Source: Bacillota bacterium
GTDB taxonomy: Bacteria; Bacillota; Clostridia; Christensenellales; Pumilibacteraceae
Direction of reading: 5' to 3'
DNA: 64,000 nucleotides
NCBI GenBank assembly: GCA_009780325.1
Contig: WRAF01000001.1
Location: forward strand, 125,048 to 189,047
Shown here: one piece after another, positions 59,430 through 64,000 of the stretch
Position numbering within the stretch: position 1 is the first letter of the stretch
Layout of the letters: each line of letters starts with the position of its first letter
Position numbers and translations under genes: made by a program
Notes under the pieces: model-generated
The model's input: only the letters and a program-made list of their open reading frames with translations
The model's database searches: none
What the model was told of the DNA's origin: nothing

Positions 59430-59732
59430 ATGGAATCAAAATTTTCAGGCGGGCTGTTGGGCCTAATAGGAATCAGTATTCTTTCATCATTCTTGATTGT
59501 TTTTACTTTAGGTATCGGCACTCCTTGGGCAGTTTGCATGGTACATCGCTGGTATACTAAACACACAGTAATCGACGGAAGACAACTTACATTTACTGGC
59601 ACTGGTGGTGCATTGTTTGGCAAGTTCATCAAATGGTGGCTTCTAACTATCATCACTCTTGGTATTTTCGGTCTTTGGTTGGGTCTTAGAATGAAGGCAT
59701 GGGTTGTTTCTCATACACATGTTGCAAACTAG
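59430..59732 (+). CDS. small two/three-TM membrane protein (DUF898/YjgN-like is only a guess)
   Basis: 100 aa; RBS AAGAGG; promoter TTGACA-17-TAGAAT upstream. Confidence 0.4.
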   Translation: MESKFSGGLLGLIGISILSSFLIVFTLGIGTPWAVCMVHRWYTKHTVIDGRQLTFTGTGGALFGKFIKWWLLTIITLGIFGLWLGLRMKAWVVSHTHVAN

Positions 59733-59747
59733 TAAACTTTTAAGATT

Positions 59748-59790
59748 AACACACACAATGCAAAGTTAAAATGCCTTTGTGTGTGTTTTC
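59748..59790 (+). terminator. intrinsic terminator
   Basis: AACACACACAA...TTGTGTGTGTT plus a T-run. Confidence 0.75.
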
Positions 59791-59795
59791 TTTAT

Positions 59796-60003
59796 TAGAC
59801 TTGTTCAACAAATAAAATAAGGAATGTCTGCGGTGTCTTTATATGTGCAAAAACTTGTTATTTTCTTGTCAATACTGCTAGTAAAGCCTTGCAAAAAACA
59901 CTTATTTTTGCCTTGGTACGAAGTTCATTGCCACGAATACTTCTTGGCACGGCAATCAAAAATCCACTCGCAATCCACTCATTTTATTTATTGAACAAGT
60001 CTA
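59796..60003. repeat. ~208-bp segment bounded by ~24-bp inverted repeats
   Basis: TAGACTTGTTCAACAAATAAAATAA at 59796, and the complement of TAGACTTGTTCAATAAATAAAA ending at 60003. Confidence 0.45.
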
Positions 60004-60039
60004 TTTAATAAAATATATTTATTTTATTATAGATAGAAA

Positions 60040-60735
60040 ATGAAACTTTTTTGGAAATTCTTTTTAGTTATTTTTGTGCTTGCATATGTTGCAGTACTAG
60101 CGGTAGTCACTGCGCTTTTTGGTGCGCCATTTTTAGAAGTTTCACCTTGGTATGCAGTTTATTCGGTATTGGCTTTTACTTTAATTATTGTTTTATTTAA
60201 TATAGGAATTGCTGTTTTATTAAGGTTGTTGCCTCTTAGATATTTTGCACCACAAATCAGACTTTTTCATCCAAGAAAAAATGATAGAAAATTTTTTAGA
60301 AAACTAGGCATTAAACGCTGGAAAATAATAGTTCCTGATATATTAAGTATTTTAAAAATCTTTGATAAATCAAAACTAAAAAATACAGGAGATACCGAAT
60401 ATTTATTTAAATATTTATGTGAAATGGGTTGGGCAGAGGCGGTTCATATAGTTGCGTTCTTTGCTGGATATGCCGCTATATTTATCCCGATAGGATGGTT
60501 GTTTACGGGGCATCTTGGCTTAAGTCCTATTTCAGGTGAGTATATAATTTGGGGTGTTTATCACGCACTAATATTTGTATTGCCGCTTGCTATTTTAAAT
60601 TCTTTTATCAATATTCTTCCTATATGTGTGCAACGGTACAATAGACCAGTATTAATGAAACTTTATGAAAGAGCATTAAAAAATCGTCATATAAAAGAAA
60701 GTAATAATCAAAAAAATGCTGATAGCAATATTTAA
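60040..60735 (+). CDS. polytopic membrane protein, unknown function
   Basis: 231 aa with 4-5 TM helices and a basic loop RKNDRKFFRKLGIKRWK. Confidence 0.45.
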   Translation: MKLFWKFFLVIFVLAYVAVLAVVTALFGAPFLEVSPWYAVYSVLAFTLIIVLFNIGIAVLLRLLPLRYFAPQIRLFHPRKNDRKFFRKLGIKRWKIIVPDILSILKIFDKSKLKNTGDTEYLFKYLCEMGWAEAVHIVAFFAGYAAIFIPIGWLFTGHLGLSPISGEYIIWGVYHALIFVLPLAILNSFINILPICVQRYNRPVLMKLYERALKNRHIKESNNQKNADSNI

Positions 60736-60763
60736 GCTATTAGCTTTTTTTAATGTAATTTGC

Positions 60764-60792
60764 TTGCAAAATTCTACTGTGTATGTTATTCT
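60764..60792 (+). promoter_or_regulatory. promoter with leaderless geometry for the ATP-grasp gene
   Basis: TTGCAA-17-TATTCT, then 7 nt to the ATG at 60800. Confidence 0.5.
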
Positions 60793-60799
60793 ATATGAT

Positions 60800-61660
60800 A
60801 TGAAGGGAATTTTTGTTTGTAATAACTATTATTTTGATGAGGGAATGGAACATTGTTATAATTCACTTAAAGTTGCATTTGAAAAGCATGGGGTAAAGTT
60901 AGATAAAAAGTCAACTTTTCTTATTCATAATAAAAAAACTGTTGAGTTTCATTTGTTGGGATTGGCTGATTTTATTATATTTTGGGATAAGGATATGGCT
61001 GTTTTAAGAGGGTTAGAGCGATACGGATTCAAAGTTTTTAACAGCTCATATGCCATTCAAGTTGCTGATGATAAATTATTAACTTATAGTGCAATTGCGG
61101 ATAAAAATATTAATATTCCTTATACGATAGCTGCTCCGATTATGTATGATGTTAATTTAATTGTTGACAATAAATTTTTGGATGAAGTAGAAAAAAACTT
61201 AGATTATCCTTTAATTGTTAAGCAAAATATAGGAAGTCAAGGGCGGCAGGTTTATAAGGCGGCAAATAGGCAAGAACTTGAAAAGATTTATTTGTATCTT
61301 AGACATATTCCACACCATTATCAAAAAATGATGGGAGAAGAAGGAGCAGATTTTAGAGTGTATGTTGTAGGCGGCAAGGCAATAGCATCATGTATTAGAA
61401 AAGGTACGGACTTTAAATCAAATTTGTTTGGCGGCGGACAAATTAGTCTTTGTGACTTGCCACTTGCATATAAAAGAAAAGCTGAAAAAATAAGTAAAAT
61501 TCTTAAATTAGATTTTGGTTCAATAGACTTTTTGATTAACAATCACTCTGACCCTTTGTTTCTAGAGGCAAACAGCAATTCATATTTTAAGGGAATTGAA
61601 GGGCTGGGAGTAAACATAGCAGGCAAAATTGCAGAGCATATATTAAATAAATTATCATGA
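60800..61660 (+). CDS. ATP-grasp (RimK-like) ligase
   Basis: The ORF opens at 60716 but the start is reassigned to MKGIFVCNN.... Contains YPLIVKQNIGSQGRQVY, DFRVYVVGGK and GSIDFL blocks. Confidence 0.62.
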   Translation: MKGIFVCNNYYFDEGMEHCYNSLKVAFEKHGVKLDKKSTFLIHNKKTVEFHLLGLADFIIFWDKDMAVLRGLERYGFKVFNSSYAIQVADDKLLTYSAIADKNINIPYTIAAPIMYDVNLIVDNKFLDEVEKNLDYPLIVKQNIGSQGRQVYKAANRQELEKIYLYLRHIPHHYQKMMGEEGADFRVYVVGGKAIASCIRKGTDFKSNLFGGGQISLCDLPLAYKRKAEKISKILKLDFGSIDFLINNHSDPLFLEANSNSYFKGIEGLGVNIAGKIAEHILNKLS

Positions 61661-62286
61661 TTAATGAAACAAACATAAAAAATTTAATAGCAAAAGCAGG
61701 TGATGTAAAAATAGTTGCTGCGGTCAAACAAAGGACAGCTGATGAAATAAATACTCTTTTAAAATTTGGCATTGATACAGTAGGTGAAAACCGTGTGCAA
61801 GACCTTTTAGCAAAATATGAGGCGACTAAGGGCTTAAAATGGCATTTTATTGGCAACTTGCAAACAAATAAGGTAAAATACATTGTAGATAAAGTGCAGT
61901 TAATTCAATCGGTAGATAGAGAGAACTTGGCATTAGAAATTCAAAAACAGTGTCAAAAACATGATATTATAATGCCTGTTTTAATAGAAGTAAATCTTGA
62001 CGAAGATTCTAAAGGCGGTATAAAGACAACAGAATTGCATGCGCTATTAAAATATATTTCTACATTAAAAAATTTAAAAATACAAGGGTTAATGTTTATT
62101 CCGCCTATAAATTCAGATGAAGAAACTTATCAAAACATTAAACAAATTTTTCTTAGATATAAAGATGAATTTAGCTTAACAATTTTATCGTGTGGTATGA
62201 GTGATGATTATGAAATAGCAATTAAATATGGTGCAAATATGATAAGACCAGGCAGTATACTTTTTAATAGCAAAAGAGGAGAATAG
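61657..62286 (+). CDS. yggS: YggS-family pyridoxal-phosphate homeostasis protein
   Basis: 209 aa. VAAVKQRT (PLP Lys), WHFIGNLQTNKVK, GMSDDYE. Confidence 0.87.
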   Translation: MINETNIKNLIAKAGDVKIVAAVKQRTADEINTLLKFGIDTVGENRVQDLLAKYEATKGLKWHFIGNLQTNKVKYIVDKVQLIQSVDRENLALEIQKQCQKHDIIMPVLIEVNLDEDSKGGIKTTELHALLKYISTLKNLKIQGLMFIPPINSDEETYQNIKQIFLRYKDEFSLTILSCGMSDDYEIAIKYGANMIRPGSILFNSKRGE

Positions 62287-62291
62287 TATAA

Positions 62292-62735
62292 ATGAAATCA
62301 TTTAACGATTGGCTTAGACAAAAACGAGGAAACGGGGCAGCCTCAAGGCAAGAAGATGAGCCTAAGCATCCACCATTTTATGAGGATACGCATGATGAAC
62401 ATGGCAACTATATTGGTGAAAAACAAGCAACTCCAAGCTTTAATCAGCCTTATCAGTACAATCAAACAAGCCACATAAATCAAACTGAAACATCTCAAAA
62501 ATACGGAAACATAGCAGTTTACCGCCTAAAAAGTCTTAAAGACATAGAGAAATTCATCACATTTTTAAGAGGCGGTGAGCCTGCGGTTGCTAATTTAAAT
62601 GACATAGATGAAAATGATGCTCAGCGTATATTAGATTATTTATCAGGAGCAATCTTTGCATTAAGTGGAAGCGTGCATAGAATTACAGAAAATATTTTTG
62701 TGTTCTCTCCTAAAGGTACACAGATTCATTCTTAA
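62292..62735 (+). CDS. sepF: cell division protein SepF
   Basis: The C-terminal domain (VYRLKSLKDIEKFITFLRGGEPAVANLNDIDENDAQRILDYLSGAIFAL) follows yggS, as in the ylmE-ylmF arrangement. Confidence 0.82.
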   Translation: MKSFNDWLRQKRGNGAASRQEDEPKHPPFYEDTHDEHGNYIGEKQATPSFNQPYQYNQTSHINQTETSQKYGNIAVYRLKSLKDIEKFITFLRGGEPAVANLNDIDENDAQRILDYLSGAIFALSGSVHRITENIFVFSPKGTQIHS

Positions 62736-62748
62736 AAAAGGATAAACT

Positions 62749-63519
62749 ATGGAAAATTTATTTTTAATTCCACCGCCAAATTCAAAAAAACAAAGAATCT
62801 TAAATTATTTTAAAAGAACATGGAAACTAGAGTGGGTCATTATATTTGGCGCTATATTTTTGGATGTTTTTACAAAATTTTTGATAGCTAGATTTATAGA
62901 GTATAGGATTGGAATGGTCACACTTTTGCCAAATTTTTTAGAAATTGTTCATTTTAGAAATTATGCAGCAGCAGTTGGATTTAATTTTTTCAATTTTTTT
63001 GGTATGTTTGGGTCTTATCCTACACAAACACAGGCTCGTATTTTTTTTATAGTATTTATTTCTATTACAATTTCTGCTTTCATTTTTTATATGGTGTGGG
63101 GCAATAAAAATCGCAGGTTGTTTAGGATAGCATTAGCATTAATAATAGGCGGCGCTTTAGGAAACTTATATTGCAGGATTTTTCACGGAGCAGTACGTGA
63201 CTGGATTCAAGTTAGATTTTTAGGTATGACAATTTTTGGATATAGGACTTTCCCTGTGTTTAATCTTGCGGATGCATTTTTGATTGTCGGCGTAGCAACT
63301 TTCTTAATATATTTTTTTAAAGACTGGACTAAAGATGAAAAAGATAAAACTGCGGCAAAAGAAGCAAGAAAAAAAGTTTTGACGGATGGTGAATTTAATG
63401 ATAATGAAATAATTAATGAGGAAATTATTGTAGAGCAAACAGAGTCAAAAGATGTATTTATACAACAAAATGACGAGCAAGAGGTGATTAGTGATGAGCA
63501 GTCAAATGATAATAGTTGA
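62749..63519 (+). CDS. lspA: lipoprotein signal peptidase II with an acidic C-terminal tail
   Basis: GGALGNLYCR and VFNLADAFLIVGV, plus a ~70-aa Glu/Asp/Asn-rich extension. Confidence 0.85.
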   Translation: MENLFLIPPPNSKKQRILNYFKRTWKLEWVIIFGAIFLDVFTKFLIARFIEYRIGMVTLLPNFLEIVHFRNYAAAVGFNFFNFFGMFGSYPTQTQARIFFIVFISITISAFIFYMVWGNKNRRLFRIALALIIGGALGNLYCRIFHGAVRDWIQVRFLGMTIFGYRTFPVFNLADAFLIVGVATFLIYFFKDWTKDEKDKTAAKEARKKVLTDGEFNDNEIINEEIIVEQTESKDVFIQQNDEQEVISDEQSNDNS

Positions 63520-64000
63520 TACAGATGCTTCAATTAGACTGGATATATATTTAGCAAGTGTTACAAATTATACAAGATCATATATAAAACAATTAAATGA
63601 TGAGGGACGTATCTTTTTAAATGGACAAGTCATAATTAAAAGTGGTAAAATGGTGAAGATTAATGATAAAATAGAGATTTTTTCTATTATTAAAGAGATT
63701 GATATTTCACCTAAAAATATTCCGCTTGATATTATTTATCAAGATGATGATATTGCAGTTATAAATAAACAAGCTGGTTTAGTGGTGCACCCGGGCGGCG
63801 GAGTAACAAACAATACATTAGTGTCTGCTTTATTATATCATTTAAAAAATTTATCTACTATAAACGGAGTATATCGTCCTGGAATTGTACATCGATTAGA
63901 TAAAGATACAACTGGTCTTATGGTAATAGCCAAAAATAATGCTGCTCATTTGTCATTATCAAATCAAATAGAAAAAAGGCAAGTAAAAAAAATCTATATA
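63494..64000 (+). CDS. rluD: RluA-family 23S rRNA pseudouridine synthase RluD (3' end outside the window)
   Basis: Open frame to the window end: S4-like N-terminus, then VINKQAGLVVHP and GIVHRLDKDTTGLMVIAK. The ATG at 63494 follows GAGGTGA. Confidence 0.82.
   Translation, partial: MSSQMIIVDTDASIRLDIYLASVTNYTRSYIKQLNDEGRIFLNGQVIIKSGKMVKINDKIEIFSIIKEIDISPKNIPLDIIYQDDDIAVINKQAGLVVHPGGGVTNNTLVSALLYHLKNLSTINGVYRPGIVHRLDKDTTGLMVIAKNNAAHLSLSNQIEKRQVKKIYI

Overview
This is a low-GC chromosomal window that looks Bacillota/Clostridia-like. It consists mainly of conserved housekeeping synteny blocks: hrcA-grpE-dnaK-dnaJ-prmA-rsmE-mtaB-hit...rpsU; pcrA-ligA; gmk-rpoZ-coaBC-priA-def-fmt-rsmB-rlmN...rsgA-rpe...rpmB/asp23/fakA; a five-gene polyamine operon; tgt; rplS; comM-dprA; a hydC-hydB-hydA trimeric [FeFe]-hydrogenase operon; and yggS-sepF-lspA-rluD. 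I recognised no rRNA, tRNA, CRISPR array, transposase or integrase. The interesting content is in short accessory insertions and in non-coding structure. (1) An unclassified structured RNA occurs twice. Each copy has a conserved extended -10 promoter, a rod-like hairpin showing compensatory base changes, and an antiterminator/terminator switch. One copy precedes a membrane-anchored AAA+ ATPase inserted antisense between rsmB and rlmN. The other precedes a zinc-ribbon/TPR/TM protein. (2) The 10.5-13.3 kb accessory patch carries a (GAC)6 repeat inside a promoter spacer and a three-member family of terminator-associated repeats of about 100 nt. Two of those repeats form an inverted pair around a two-gene cassette. 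(3) A three-gene island (SUKH-like protein, Cys-rich lipoprotein, membrane protein) sits where Firmicutes normally carry prpC-prkC. It has repeated cassette-like 3' sequences and a ghost copy of the rsgA 5' end. (4) Two solitary proteins carry an R-x4-H (HEPN-like) motif; one of them lies inside the CIRCE/HrcA heat-shock operon. (5) There are several gene-inactivating or switch-like lesions: an XRE gene broken by an 11-bp tandem duplication, a comM frameshift, and a split membrane ORF. (6) Four genes have promoter geometry implying leaderless mRNAs. All functional calls rest on motif-level recognition by eye; no database search was possible.
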